64,000 nt of DNA from Phycisphaerae bacterium (GTDB lineage: Bacteria; Planctomycetota; Phycisphaerae; Sedimentisphaerales; Anaerobacaceae), in NCBI GenBank assembly GCA_017993835.1, contig JAGOLX010000015.1, positions 38,454 through 102,453 on the forward strand, in the 5' to 3' direction. Shown piece after piece: positions 25,545-35,112 of this stretch (within the stretch, counting starts at the first letter, position 1; each line of letters starts with the position of its first letter). The translations under genes and the position numbers were made by a program. Under the pieces are notes generated by a model. The model saw only the letters and a program-made list of their open reading frames with translations, did no database searches and was not told the DNA's origin.

Positions 25545-27410
25545 ATGAGCGCAACGAGGGTATTCTGGATTGTGTTGACTGGCATTTGTCTGGCTGCGGG
25601 CGTGGCGGCCGCGGGGACCAAGGCGTCGAACCCCGACCCCGCCGACGGCACGGTAGGGGTCGTCAATCCGCTGTTTCAGTGGACCAAGGGCGACGGGGCT
25701 GCAAAACACAATGTCTACCTGGGGACGGCGCCCGATCTGACCGAGGCCCAGCTTGTCGGCGTCCAGTTGACGTCGCCGATGTTCTTCTACTTCACGGGAA
25801 CACTCGAACCGGGCGCAACCTACTACTGGCGGGTCGACGAACTCCAGGGGGACGGGGTCACAGTCGTCACAGGCGACGTCTGGAGCTTCATTGTCCAGGC
25901 CCTGACGGCGTATTATCCCACCCCGACGGACGGCGCAGCGGACGTCAGCCTGACACCCACCCTGACGTGGATGGCCGGGACCGACGCCGCTACCCATCGT
26001 GTGTACTTCAGCGACAGTCTCGATGCCGTCACGCAGGGCGCCGCGGAGGCGGATAAAGGCACCGTGGACGAGACCTCTTTCTCGCCGGGAACGCTGGAGC
26101 CTGTGACGACCTACTACTGGCGCGTGGATGAGACCAGCCTGTTCGGCGGGGCTGTCACGACGGGCCCAGTCTGGGAATTCACGACAATCCTGCCGATCGA
26201 CAGCTTTGAGGCCTACGACGACAGTGACGCCAACGGCACCACGATCTGGCAGACCTGGATCGACGGCTTCACCGACAAGAACAGCGGCTCGACCGTCGGC
26301 TATATCGACGCGCCATTTGCCGAGCAGGTCTTCGTTCACGACGGTCTGCAGTCCATGCCGTTCGACTACAACAACGTGGGCAACCCGTACTGCTATTCCG
26401 AAGCCATGCGGACGTTCGAAGATGCGATGGACTGGACCGCCGGCGGCGCCACCGTCCTGACAATGTTCTTCCGTGGCCGGTCCTCCAACAGCGTCGAACC
26501 GCTCTACGTCGTCGTCGAGGATGACCGGGGCAAGAGCGGCACCGCGACTTACCCGGATTCCAACGACCTTGCGGTGCCCGTGTGGACCCGGTGGGAGATC
26601 CCGCTCAGCACGTTCAGTGACGCGGGCGTGGATCTGACCGCCGTCGAGAGCCTGTACATCGGCGTGGGCGTTCGCGGCAGCACGACGCCCGCCGGCGACG
26701 GGATTCTCTTCTTCGACGATATCTACGTGGGCGGCCCGGGCGCTGCGCAGGGAGCCGTCCTGTTTGCCGAGGACTTCGAGGGGTTGCCCCTGGGTCCGAA
26801 CGTGGATGAGGGCGTGTTTGGCGAAGCCGTCTGGACCAAGACTGCTCCGACTGGCTGGACCATCGATGACTCGGGTGTCCCCGGGGCAGGCGACCCCGCC
26901 AACGACGGCGTGACCGAATGGGCCGGCTGGTCCTTCGCCGACAGGCTCTGGTGGGTTGACACTGCCGGGAATCAGAACCGCTCTCAGTTCACCAAGGGCA
27001 CCGGCACCGTCGCCATCGGCGACCCGGATGAATGGGATGACGCAGGCCACGCCGAAGGACGGTTCAACACCTACCTGAGCACGCCGACCATCGATATTGC
27101 CGGCGCCAAGGCGGGGACGCTCGTGCTGACGTTCGACTCGAGCTGGCGACCTGAGTTCGCCGACTACGGCGAGCAGTCCGGGAACTTGAAAGCCTCTTTC
27201 GACGGCGGCGAGCCGGAACAGTTGTTCCTCTGGCTGTCCGATACGGCCAGCCCGGACTTCAAGGCGGACGCCACGAACGAGACGGTCACCGTCAAGATCG
27301 CTCCGCCCTCGGGAGCCAAGACGATGGTTCTGACGTGGGGTCTCTTCAATTGCGGCAACAACTGGTTCTGGGCTATCGACAACATCCAGGTCACGGCCAC
27401 GCTTCAGTAG
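25545..27410 (+). CDS. secreted multidomain protein (2x YYWRVDE modules + CBM-like IDSFE domain + C-terminal domain)
   Basis: AAGGAGG RBS and signal peptide. Modules NPDPADGTVGV...HNVYLG...TYYWRVDE...VWSFIV and PTPTDGAADV...HRVYFS...TYYWRVDE...VWEFTT. IDSFEAYDD...WQTWIDGF...GSTVGY is shared with the LamG giants. Confidence 0.85.
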   Translation: MSATRVFWIVLTGICLAAGVAAAGTKASNPDPADGTVGVVNPLFQWTKGDGAAKHNVYLGTAPDLTEAQLVGVQLTSPMFFYFTGTLEPGATYYWRVDELQGDGVTVVTGDVWSFIVQALTAYYPTPTDGAADVSLTPTLTWMAGTDAATHRVYFSDSLDAVTQGAAEADKGTVDETSFSPGTLEPVTTYYWRVDETSLFGGAVTTGPVWEFTTILPIDSFEAYDDSDANGTTIWQTWIDGFTDKNSGSTVGYIDAPFAEQVFVHDGLQSMPFDYNNVGNPYCYSEAMRTFEDAMDWTAGGATVLTMFFRGRSSNSVEPLYVVVEDDRGKSGTATYPDSNDLAVPVWTRWEIPLSTFSDAGVDLTAVESLYIGVGVRGSTTPAGDGILFFDDIYVGGPGAAQGAVLFAEDFEGLPLGPNVDEGVFGEAVWTKTAPTGWTIDDSGVPGAGDPANDGVTEWAGWSFADRLWWVDTAGNQNRSQFTKGTGTVAIGDPDEWDDAGHAEGRFNTYLSTPTIDIAGAKAGTLVLTFDSSWRPEFADYGEQSGNLKASFDGGEPEQLFLWLSDTASPDFKADATNETVTVKIAPPSGAKTMVLTWGLFNCGNNWFWAIDNIQVTATLQ

Positions 27411-27461
27411 TTGAACGCGGCTTGCCTGATCGCGTCAGTGGCGCCATTCAGGATGCCAACG

Positions 27462-27504
27462 GCGGGGCCTGTGTCTTGCGACATGGGCCCCGCTTCTTTC
27501 TTTT
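27462..27504. terminator. hairpin terminator between convergent genes
   Basis: gcggggcc (27462-27469) pairs with ggccccgc (27486-27493); 16-nt loop; followed by ttctttctttt. Confidence 0.55.
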
Positions 27505-28480
27505 AGAAGTTCTCGTCAAATGCGATCGACGAGGGGGAGAAGTTGAGCTTCCTGACGAACTCGAGCGCTTCCTTCGCGCCGAATTCGCGGTCCATGCCGC
27601 AGTCTTCCCACTCCGCGGAAAGGGGGCCTTGATACCGGATGTGGTTGAGTGCCCGGATGATCGCCTCGAAATCCACGTCCCCGTGGCCAGGCGAGCGGAA
27701 ATCCCAAGCCCGCTCGGCGGACCCGAAATTCAGGTGCGAGCCCAGGATGCTGTTTCTGCCGGTCAACTGCAGAGCCACATCCTTGACATGCACATGATAG
27801 ATCCGGTCGGGAAACTCCTGGGTGAATCACGCGAGATCCACCATCTGCCACTGAAGGTGGCTGAGGTCGAGGTTGATCCCGAAGGCCTCCCGGTTTCCCA
27901 TCGTCCCCATCGCACGTTTCATTGTGATCGCGTCGAAGGTGATCTCGGTCGGGTGCACCTCCAGGGCGAAGCGGACGCCGCATTCGTCAAAGACGTCGAG
28001 AATCGGGTTCCACATCCGGGCGAAGTACCGAAAGCCCTCCTCGATCATCTGTTCCGGGACCGGGGGCCAACTGTAGATCCGATGCCAGATGGAAGAGCCG
28101 GTGAAGCCGGTCACGATCTCGACGCCCAGATTCCTGGCCGCCCGAGCGGCGTCCTTCATCATCGCCGCCGCCCATTTTCGCTTCTCCTCGGGCTTTCCCG
28201 CCAGTTCCGGCAGGGCGAACCCATCGGACCGGCAATCGTTGGGATCGCAGACCTGCTGGCCGACCACGTGTCCGCTGATCGCCCAGACCTTCAGATGGTG
28301 CCTGTCGAGCAACACCCGAATCCTGTCGCAGTACTTCTTGTCCTTCGCTCCCCGGGTGACATCGAAATGGCCGGCCCCCAGCTCCAGCCCGTCGTACCCG
28401 AATCCCGACATCATCCGCGCCAGCTTCTCCAAGGGCACGTCGCTCCACTGGCTGGTGACGATCGTGATGGGTCTGCTCAT
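27503..28480 (-). pseudogene. sugar-phosphate isomerase/epimerase (xylose-isomerase-like TIM barrel) interrupted by one in-frame TGA
   Basis: ORFs 27827-28552 and 27503-27793 are in the same frame. They read ...NLDLSHLQWQMVDLA-TGA-FTQEFPDRIYHVHVKDVALQ...GHGDVDFEAIIRALNHIRYQGPLSAEWEDCGMDRE, one continuous AP-endonuclease-2/TIM-barrel protein. ATG at 28478-28480 after AAGGAG. Confidence 0.8.
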
Positions 28481-28601
28481 CGTTTCGTTCTCCTTGTCCG
28501 AACGGGGTTCGACGATCCATGCCGCCGGCCGGAGTCTCTCGCGGCCGGGCACATGACTTCACCTGCACGCGCCCAACAGGAGTTCATGGGGACCCTGGAC
28601 T

Positions 28602-28685
28602 GTCATGCCCGCGAGAGCGGGAATCCACGCCCTGGGACACGCCGCATGCCGCGGTTTCCGGATTCCTGCTTGGCACAGGGATGAC
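28602..28685. repeat. REP/MITE-like palindromic element, copy B
   Basis: gtcatgcccgcgagagcgggaatcc ... ggattcctgcttggcacagggatgac. 84 bp, the same length as copy A but in opposite orientation. Lies in a divergent intergenic region. Confidence 0.75.
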
Positions 28686-28867
28686 AGCGTCCAACCCATG
28701 CCTCGTCGGCCCATCGGAGGACGCAGTAGCGGTCATGTGCCCCTCACGGCCGACTCAGGCAGACACCGCTTGCGTTGACGCCGATTCTGTGTAAGCTGAG
28801 GGACTGTGAGCGTCAACTGCTGACGGATTGTGATGGGCAGAGCGACATTGGGACAAGGAGCAGGATA

Positions 28868-29794
28868 GTGCGCAGGGAGTCGGACGACGCCATAGATGTT
28901 CTCGGGCTCGGCTCGGTGACGGTGGACTTTGTCGGGACTGTGCCTGCATGGCCGGCCCGGGGCGTCAAGACGATGCTCGATCGCTTTGCGGTCTGTGACG
29001 GCGGCCTGGTCGGAACGGCCTTGGTGGCAGTGAGGCGACTAGGCGGCAAGGCAGTGTTCGCAGGGAGACTCGGCCGATCGGAACTGGCACGACGCGCCGT
29101 CGAGGCGTTGCACAGCGAGTCGGTCGATACGTCGTTCGTGATCGAGACGCAGGACGCCGAACCGATCGTCGCCGTCATCCTGATCGAACGCACCGGTGGG
29201 CAACGGAACATCTTCTGGACCCGCCAGAGGGTGCAATACCCCATGCCGTGGGAGTTCCCCCAGCAGGACTGGGTCCGTCGGACCCGCGTGCTGTTGATCG
29301 ACTTCGAATCGGGTCCCGCGGGAATCGAAGCAGCCCGAATCGCCCGTCGGTACAATGTCCCGGTCGTCATCGACGTCGAGCGGGACGAGCCCCACGTCGC
29401 CGAGGCGATGCGGGTCTCCTCGCACGTCGTCGTTTCGGAAGAGTTCGCCGGCGGCTACACCGGCGCTGGCAGCGTCACGGAAATGCTGGCGGCCCTGCGG
29501 ACCGACCCACAGCAAACGGTCATCGTCACGCGAGGGGAGAACGGCTGCGCCGGGTCGAGCCCCGAGGGGGACTTCACGCTGCCCGCGTTCAAAGTGGACG
29601 TCGTGGATACGACGGGCTGCGGCGACACGTTTCACGGCGCCTTTGCGCTGGCTCTGGCGAGGGGGCTGGCGGTTGTGCCCGCGGCGAGATTCGCGTCGGG
29701 CGCCGCGGCGCTGTGCGCGACGCAGTTGGGCGGCCGGTCTGGGATTCCGACGGCCGCACAGTTGGACCGATTCCTGAACGGACACAAACCTTGA
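28868..29794 (+). CDS. PfkB-family carbohydrate kinase
   Basis: GTG at 28868 preceded by AAGGAG (28855-28860). DVLGLGSVTVDF N-terminal motif and VDTTGCGDTFHGAFALALARG (PfkB signature 2). Confidence 0.9.
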   Translation: MRRESDDAIDVLGLGSVTVDFVGTVPAWPARGVKTMLDRFAVCDGGLVGTALVAVRRLGGKAVFAGRLGRSELARRAVEALHSESVDTSFVIETQDAEPIVAVILIERTGGQRNIFWTRQRVQYPMPWEFPQQDWVRRTRVLLIDFESGPAGIEAARIARRYNVPVVIDVERDEPHVAEAMRVSSHVVVSEEFAGGYTGAGSVTEMLAALRTDPQQTVIVTRGENGCAGSSPEGDFTLPAFKVDVVDTTGCGDTFHGAFALALARGLAVVPAARFASGAAALCATQLGGRSGIPTAAQLDRFLNGHKP

Positions 29795-29812
29795 TTCCTA
29801 CTGGAGAACCGA

Positions 29813-30658
29813 ATGAGCTTAGTGCCAATGTCGGAGATACTGATTCGAGCCCGCCGTGACGGCTATGCAGTCGGCGCGTTCGAGATCTGGAATCTCGAGT
29901 CTATTCAAGCCGTGGTGAGTGCAGCAGAGGGGCTCGCGCAGCCCGTGATCCTTCAGGTCGGACCCGGCGAAGCAGATTACGCCGGCCTGGAAGACATCTC
30001 GGATGCAGCGATCTTCCACGCCAGACGGGCCGCGGTGCCCGTTGCGCTGCACCTGGACCACGGCGACACGTTTGAGCGCGTGATGCAGTGCATCAACCAC
30101 GGCTTCACCTCCGTCATGCTGGACGTCTCGCACACGCCGTATGCCGAGAATCTGGCCGCGACGAAAGAAGTGGTTCGCGCGGCCCATGCCGCCGGCGTGA
30201 GTGTCGAGGGCGAGATGGACCGGATCGGGGGCGGGGAAGCCGGCGCCGACGTCGCCGATGACGACGCCCAGCTCACCAATCCCGACCAGGCCCTGGACTT
30301 CGTGACCCGGACCGGCATCGACGCCTTTGCAGTGGCCATCGGCACGGTACATGGGTTCTACAAGGGCAAGCCCAACATCCGTCTGGGACTGATGGAGAAG
30401 ATCGCCGCCCGTGTGCCGATCCCGCTCGTCCTGCATGGTGGCTCCGGGACGCCCGACGCCGATGTGCGGAAGGCGGTGACCCTCGGCATCGCCAAGGTGA
30501 ACATCTGCACGGAGTTTGTCGCGGCCTTCGCCGATACGTTCGCGAAGGAACACGCCGAGCCGAGCTTTCGATACAATGTCCCAGGGGTGTTTCGCAGGCC
30601 CCGAGAAGCAGCCCGGGCGGTGGTCGAGAAGAAGATCCGTCTCTTCGCGGGCCTGTAG
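29813..30658 (+). CDS. class II ketose-bisphosphate (fructose/tagatose) aldolase family protein
   Basis: GYAVGAFEIWNLESIQAVV, LHLDHGDTF, FTSVMLDVSH, VEGEMDRIGG, FAVAIGTVHGFYKG, LVLHGGSG. Confidence 0.9.
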   Translation: MSLVPMSEILIRARRDGYAVGAFEIWNLESIQAVVSAAEGLAQPVILQVGPGEADYAGLEDISDAAIFHARRAAVPVALHLDHGDTFERVMQCINHGFTSVMLDVSHTPYAENLAATKEVVRAAHAAGVSVEGEMDRIGGGEAGADVADDDAQLTNPDQALDFVTRTGIDAFAVAIGTVHGFYKGKPNIRLGLMEKIAARVPIPLVLHGGSGTPDADVRKAVTLGIAKVNICTEFVAAFADTFAKEHAEPSFRYNVPGVFRRPREAARAVVEKKIRLFAGL

Positions 30659-30681
30659 CCGCGAGATCGTGGAGGCTTGAT

Positions 30682-32007
30682 ATGGACCACAGCGAGGTGT
30701 TTTCCCTTCTCTGCCGGCAGATCGACGAGATCGAAGCCATTGACGCCCACACGCACATCAACTCGTCTCACCTGGCGGCCCGAGGGCTGCACGATGTGAT
30801 GCTCTATCATATGGCGATCAGCGATCTCTACGCTGCCGGCTGCCCGAGTGGGGCGCGCCTGTCGGATGATCCCGACGACGAGGAGGCCGCGCGTCGGATC
30901 GAGGAGGCGATTCCATTCCTGGAACACATTCAGAACACCTCCTGCTGCTGGCTGATGCGAACGATCCTGTCGGACCTGTACGAGTGGAAGGAGCCCATCA
31001 TCCTCGGGAACTGGCGGAACCTGGACGCGCGCATCCGCAGCAAGAGCAAAGACCGCGACTGGCCGCGAGAGATCCTCCGACGCGCACACGTCCAACGACT
31101 GTGCACGGAATTGCCGCTCCGCGGCGACGGGACCCACGACGACATCCTGTTCTATTCGCTGGAGTGGGCGTTCTTCACCCGCAACCAGTGGGGCGTATTC
31201 GACGCCCCTTTGTACGAACTGGAGCATGCATGGCAATTTGACAAGCCCGTCAGGCCGCTGCCCGTGACCCTTGCCAAGCGAGAGCCGGTCAAGAGGCGGA
31301 TCGCCACCGTCGCCGACGTCCACGAGGCCATGGGGCACTACTGCCATGCGATACCCTATGACCAGATCGCGTCCACCGCCCACCACGTCTCGACCGACAT
31401 CACCTATTCCCTGGTGACGGACGAGCAGATGCAGAAGGCCCTGGACCGCCGGGACAAGGCCGGTCGGGCTGAGCGAGATGCGTACGCTTCGTACCTCTTC
31501 GAGCATCTCCTGCTGGAGTTGGAGAAGGAACATGCGGATATCGCGTTCCAGTTCTCGCTGGGCGCCGAGCCCCTCCCGTTCGAGACCGACAGCCGGCTCG
31601 CTCAGACCACGATCAAACAGCTCGCTGAGATCGTCTCGCGTCATCCGAAGATCCGGTTCCACTGCTATCTGTCGAGCAAACACGCCAACCAGTCGTTGTG
31701 CACGCTGTGCCGGGAGTTGCCCAACCTGTGCTTGGTCGGATACTGGTGGCACAACTTCTTCCCAGGCGCCATCGCCCAAGTCATCGACGAACGCCTGGAC
31801 ATGCTCCCGACGAACCGGCAGATCGGGTTCTTCTCCGACGCCTACTGCGTCGACTGGCTGTACGCAAAGTCCCGTCTGGTGCGAATGGAGCTTGCCCGAG
31901 CGTTGGCGAAGAGGGTCGAACGCGGCCAGTACAGCCGGCAGGAAGCCCTGCAGATCGCGACGAAGTTCCTGCAGGAGACGCCAAGGCAGTTGTTGGGCTT
32001 GCGATGA
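30682..32007 (+). CDS. amidohydrolase-superfamily protein (uronate-isomerase-like)
   Basis: N-terminal metal motif IDAHTHINSSHLAARG. Length and C-terminal FFSDAYCVDWLYAKSRLVRMELARAL resemble uronate isomerase/amidohydrolase-2 proteins. Weak assignment. Confidence 0.5.
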   Translation: MDHSEVFSLLCRQIDEIEAIDAHTHINSSHLAARGLHDVMLYHMAISDLYAAGCPSGARLSDDPDDEEAARRIEEAIPFLEHIQNTSCCWLMRTILSDLYEWKEPIILGNWRNLDARIRSKSKDRDWPREILRRAHVQRLCTELPLRGDGTHDDILFYSLEWAFFTRNQWGVFDAPLYELEHAWQFDKPVRPLPVTLAKREPVKRRIATVADVHEAMGHYCHAIPYDQIASTAHHVSTDITYSLVTDEQMQKALDRRDKAGRAERDAYASYLFEHLLLELEKEHADIAFQFSLGAEPLPFETDSRLAQTTIKQLAEIVSRHPKIRFHCYLSSKHANQSLCTLCRELPNLCLVGYWWHNFFPGAIAQVIDERLDMLPTNRQIGFFSDAYCVDWLYAKSRLVRMELARALAKRVERGQYSRQEALQIATKFLQETPRQLLGLR

Positions 32008-32025
32008 ACCCCTCGTTGTATGAAG

Positions 32026-32058
32026 CAGGCCGGGGCAATCTCTTTTCTCCCCGGCCTG
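32026..32058. terminator. hairpin between convergent genes (no U-tract)
   Basis: caggccgggg (32026-32035) pairs with ccccggcctg (32049-32058); 13-nt loop. Confidence 0.35.
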
Positions 32059-32108
32059 CGGTTCCCATGCCTAGGTCTAGGCTGGCAACATGTTGACGGT
32101 TCCGACGG

Positions 32109-34652
32109 TCACTCTGTCTCCAGGGCGATGTTGTCGAGATAGACCAGACCCTTGCCGCCCGGCGCGGCGGCTGCCGGCGTGCCTACGGTGATCGTCAGTT
32201 GCGTGACCTTCTTCGTGTTCACGTCGAGACTCGCCAGCGGCACTTCGATCTTGCGCCAGAGGGCGAGTTTCAGATCGTCTGCCTGTGCGACGACGACCCG
32301 TGCCGATTTCTGGCCGTCGTCCAACGTCACGGACAGGACGTCACCTGTTGTAACCGTGTTGGCGGCGGCGCCCCGCACCCAGAAGACCAGCGAGACCGCG
32401 CCGTCTCGCGTGAAATCCCGGGCCGGACTGAAGGTGCGACTGACCGCAGAATAGGTGGCCGTGACGGCCTTGCCCGAGATGTCGAGGAACGACCCTGAAT
32501 TGTCGTAGTACATCGGCGCGGACTGGTGGCCGCCGACGGTCAGAATGCGTTCCATCAAGGGCGATGTGGTGTATCCTATCGTCGAGCCGCTCCCGTTGCC
32601 GCCGAAACCGTCGGACCAGACGTCCCAGATGTTCTCGCCGGTGGCCTCGTTGTAGGCGTTGTAGTTGTCGAAACTGTCGATCATCAGGGGATTGTCCACC
32701 GGCTCGGGCTTCGCGCCGTGATTCATGACCTCGTCGATCTCCTCAGCGGTCAACGCCTTGGTGTAGAGTCTCAGATCGTCGATCGCCCCGGCGAAGCAGC
32801 GGTCCGAGACAGCCGGATCGTACGCGAGCATCAGACCCGTGTCGAACAGGGCCGGCTCATGCGCGATGCCATTGACGGCCCAGAGGTCGCCGCCGTCGAG
32901 GTAGAGAGTCGCCTGGTCGGGCTCGACCACCAGTGCCACGAACGACCATTCGTTCGTCGGGACGATGAGTCCGGAGTTGAAACCCCAGGTCCCGGCAACG
33001 AGCCAGTGATACCCAAGCTGATTGCTGGCCATCAGATTCATGCCGCAGACGTCGGCGCCGCGATGGAAGAGGAGCCCGGCCATGCCATGGACTTTGGTCG
33101 GCATGATCCAGGCGGTCATGGTGGCCGCGGCCAGGTTGACGTCGGCCGGAGCGGACGTGGCAAAGTAGTCGTCGACGCCGTCCAGGAGTGCCGCGCCGTC
33201 TACCGGGCCCTCGGTCCAGCCGGGGTCGCCGTGAATCATGCCGTGCAGGCCATGACCCGACCAGTCCACCGCGGAGCCTGCGTCCGCCTCGTCGAACCGC
33301 CACCAGCCCAGAAGCGAGTCGTCCGCGACCTCGATTTGCGGCACAGTCGTGAAGCTCCACACGTCGCCCGTTCGCATCTGGCCGGCGAACTCGTCCACCC
33401 GCCAGTAGTACGTCGTGTTGGGCTCCATCGGCTCGGGGTTGTACGTGGTGTCGGTGGTCGCAAAGCCCGCGGTGGCGTTGCTGACCTGTTCGAAGTCTGT
33501 GCCGAAGTAGACCGTGTGGAAGATCGCGCTGATCCCGGCCTGCCAGGCAAGCTCCTGCTGGGGACTGACCAGGGTCTTGCTGTCGGTGGGCATGGGGTCC
33601 CAGGCAATCAGCGGTCGGACACGGAAAGACCAGACATCGCCCCGCCATGGACTGCCGGCCTGAGACTCGTTGAGTTCATCGACCCGCCAGTAGTAGGTCT
33701 GGCCGGGGGTCAGACCCGTCGGATAGCGCGGTGCGACTCCGACCGCGAGCGAGCTGAGCTTCGAGGTGAAAGGCTCAACGGTGCCGGCGTTGACGTCCTC
33801 GAAGTTTTCGCTGAGGTAGATCTTGTGGGAGGTCGCCAGATCGCCGGCCCGCCAAGTGAGCAGGCCTGCCGTCTTGTCGAGCATCCCCCCATCGGCGGGC
33901 GCGGGGATGCCCGCTTTGAAGAAAGTCGGGTCGATCCCGCCGTGAAGTCCGTCGATCTGTTCGGCGGTCAGCACGCGGTTGTAGATGCGAACGTCGTCGA
34001 TCTGGCCATTGAAGAAGGAGTAGCCGTCCTTGCGGCCGCCGATGCGGACCGGCTCGTTGTTCAGGACGCCGAAGTTTATGGTCTGGGCCGCACCGCCGGC
34101 GGACGTCCCGTCGATGTAGAACTCCACGCGTCCACCCTTCTCCAGTGTCACCGCCACGAAGTACCACCGTCCCGTCGTGATGGGCGTGGCGGAGGGGTAG
34201 AAAGCGTGTGCCGTGCCCTGTGCGCTCTGGTGGCCGAGTTCCAGCAGACCCGTCGCCGGTTGGACGCGGAACTCGTAGTTGCCCGGGTAGTTGGAAGGTG
34301 CCGTGCCGCTGGGCGACTTGCAGACGATGAAGTAGTACGTCAAGAAGTCGGTCAGATTCACCCAGGCGCTGATGGTGAGCCTGCTGTCCAGATCGAGCGC
34401 CGAGCCCTCGGGTACCTCCACCATGCCGTTCGAGCCGTCGAAACTCAGGGCGCCGGAGCCCACCTTGCCCGGGACCCATGCAGGGTCGCCGACGAGCCTC
34501 CCGGCGAAGTTGTTTCCCGAGCTGTCGGCGACCGTCGTGCCGCTGCCTTCGTCAAACCGCCAGTGTCCGACCGGCCCAACGGCCCCGGCGGGACATACCC
34601 ACAAACCCAATAGAGCGACACAACAGATGCACCATGTGTTTTTGCGATTCAT
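32109..34652 (-). CDS. secreted 2x LamG + 2x YYWRVDE-module protein with CBM-like C-terminus
   Basis: ATG at 34650-34652 after AGGAGG; the ORF-track start at 34838 is rejected. Signal peptide CICCVALLGLWVCPAGA. LamG (GHWRFDEGSGTTVADSSGNNFAG...ISAWVNL...FNGQIDDVRIYNRVLT) and a second LamG (WWRFDEADAGSAVDWSGHGLHG...IDDLRLYTKALT). Confidence 0.85.
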   Translation of the reverse strand: MNRKNTWCICCVALLGLWVCPAGAVGPVGHWRFDEGSGTTVADSSGNNFAGRLVGDPAWVPGKVGSGALSFDGSNGMVEVPEGSALDLDSRLTISAWVNLTDFLTYYFIVCKSPSGTAPSNYPGNYEFRVQPATGLLELGHQSAQGTAHAFYPSATPITTGRWYFVAVTLEKGGRVEFYIDGTSAGGAAQTINFGVLNNEPVRIGGRKDGYSFFNGQIDDVRIYNRVLTAEQIDGLHGGIDPTFFKAGIPAPADGGMLDKTAGLLTWRAGDLATSHKIYLSENFEDVNAGTVEPFTSKLSSLAVGVAPRYPTGLTPGQTYYWRVDELNESQAGSPWRGDVWSFRVRPLIAWDPMPTDSKTLVSPQQELAWQAGISAIFHTVYFGTDFEQVSNATAGFATTDTTYNPEPMEPNTTYYWRVDEFAGQMRTGDVWSFTTVPQIEVADDSLLGWWRFDEADAGSAVDWSGHGLHGMIHGDPGWTEGPVDGAALLDGVDDYFATSAPADVNLAAATMTAWIMPTKVHGMAGLLFHRGADVCGMNLMASNQLGYHWLVAGTWGFNSGLIVPTNEWSFVALVVEPDQATLYLDGGDLWAVNGIAHEPALFDTGLMLAYDPAVSDRCFAGAIDDLRLYTKALTAEEIDEVMNHGAKPEPVDNPLMIDSFDNYNAYNEATGENIWDVWSDGFGGNGSGSTIGYTTSPLMERILTVGGHQSAPMYYDNSGSFLDISGKAVTATYSAVSRTFSPARDFTRDGAVSLVFWVRGAAANTVTTGDVLSVTLDDGQKSARVVVAQADDLKLALWRKIEVPLASLDVNTKKVTQLTITVGTPAAAAPGGKGLVYLDNIALETE

Positions 34653-35112
34653 CGTGTGATCCTCCTGTCTGTAAGCGTGTGGTTGATCGAGAACGGCCCG
34701 CTTCTCGCGGCGCCGGCTTGTCCGCGCTTGATCCGACCTCCTTCCTGATGACTCCTCCGAGCAGCAGATCGACCCGTGGCAAGAATAACGCCCTGTCGTC
34801 GAGCATGCCGCATCCGCGCAGCCCGCGGTGGCAGGCACACAGACCGCCTGCCTCTACAACGCTATTATCCGTTCTTTCGCCGCAATTCTCCAGAGAAAAT
34901 ACCCCTGTTTTACGACATTCTTTCCTTCGACCCCTGCGCCGACGGTCCCGGGTCCCGCGAAATGTGGCGTATCTCTTTCATTCTCCGCAGTACCTGATAG
35001 GATTGGCTCCAAGGTGGGCTGGTGCGGACGTGGTTTCGGACTGCGGTGCCGAGAGGCCCGCCCTGTAGGCGGCGGTTTGTCCGTATCGGACGATGGCAGG
35101 AAGGAGATCACG

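Noticed and set aside
27827-27829. TGA read as selenocysteine or as a reassigned sense codon
   Set aside because: TGA is clearly used as a stop throughout the window, including many ATGA/GTGA coupled junctions, so there is no code reassignment. I see no convincing SECIS-like hairpin in the 40 nt downstream, and a Sec or Cys active-site residue is not expected at this position of TIM-barrel isomerases. Nonsense mutation or sequence error is more likely.
34828-35112. Long N-terminal extensions in the ORF track: GH2 from 34828, GH36 from 37815, LamG from 34838 and 12891, caspase-like from 22713, DUF4159 from 23894, PEP-CTERM from 3301, AKR from 61247, beta-helix from 46273
   Set aside because: In every case an internal ATG or GTG preceded by a Shine-Dalgarno-like GGAGG/AAGGAG begins a canonical signal peptide or domain. 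The extension overlaps the upstream gene or promoter-like sequence.
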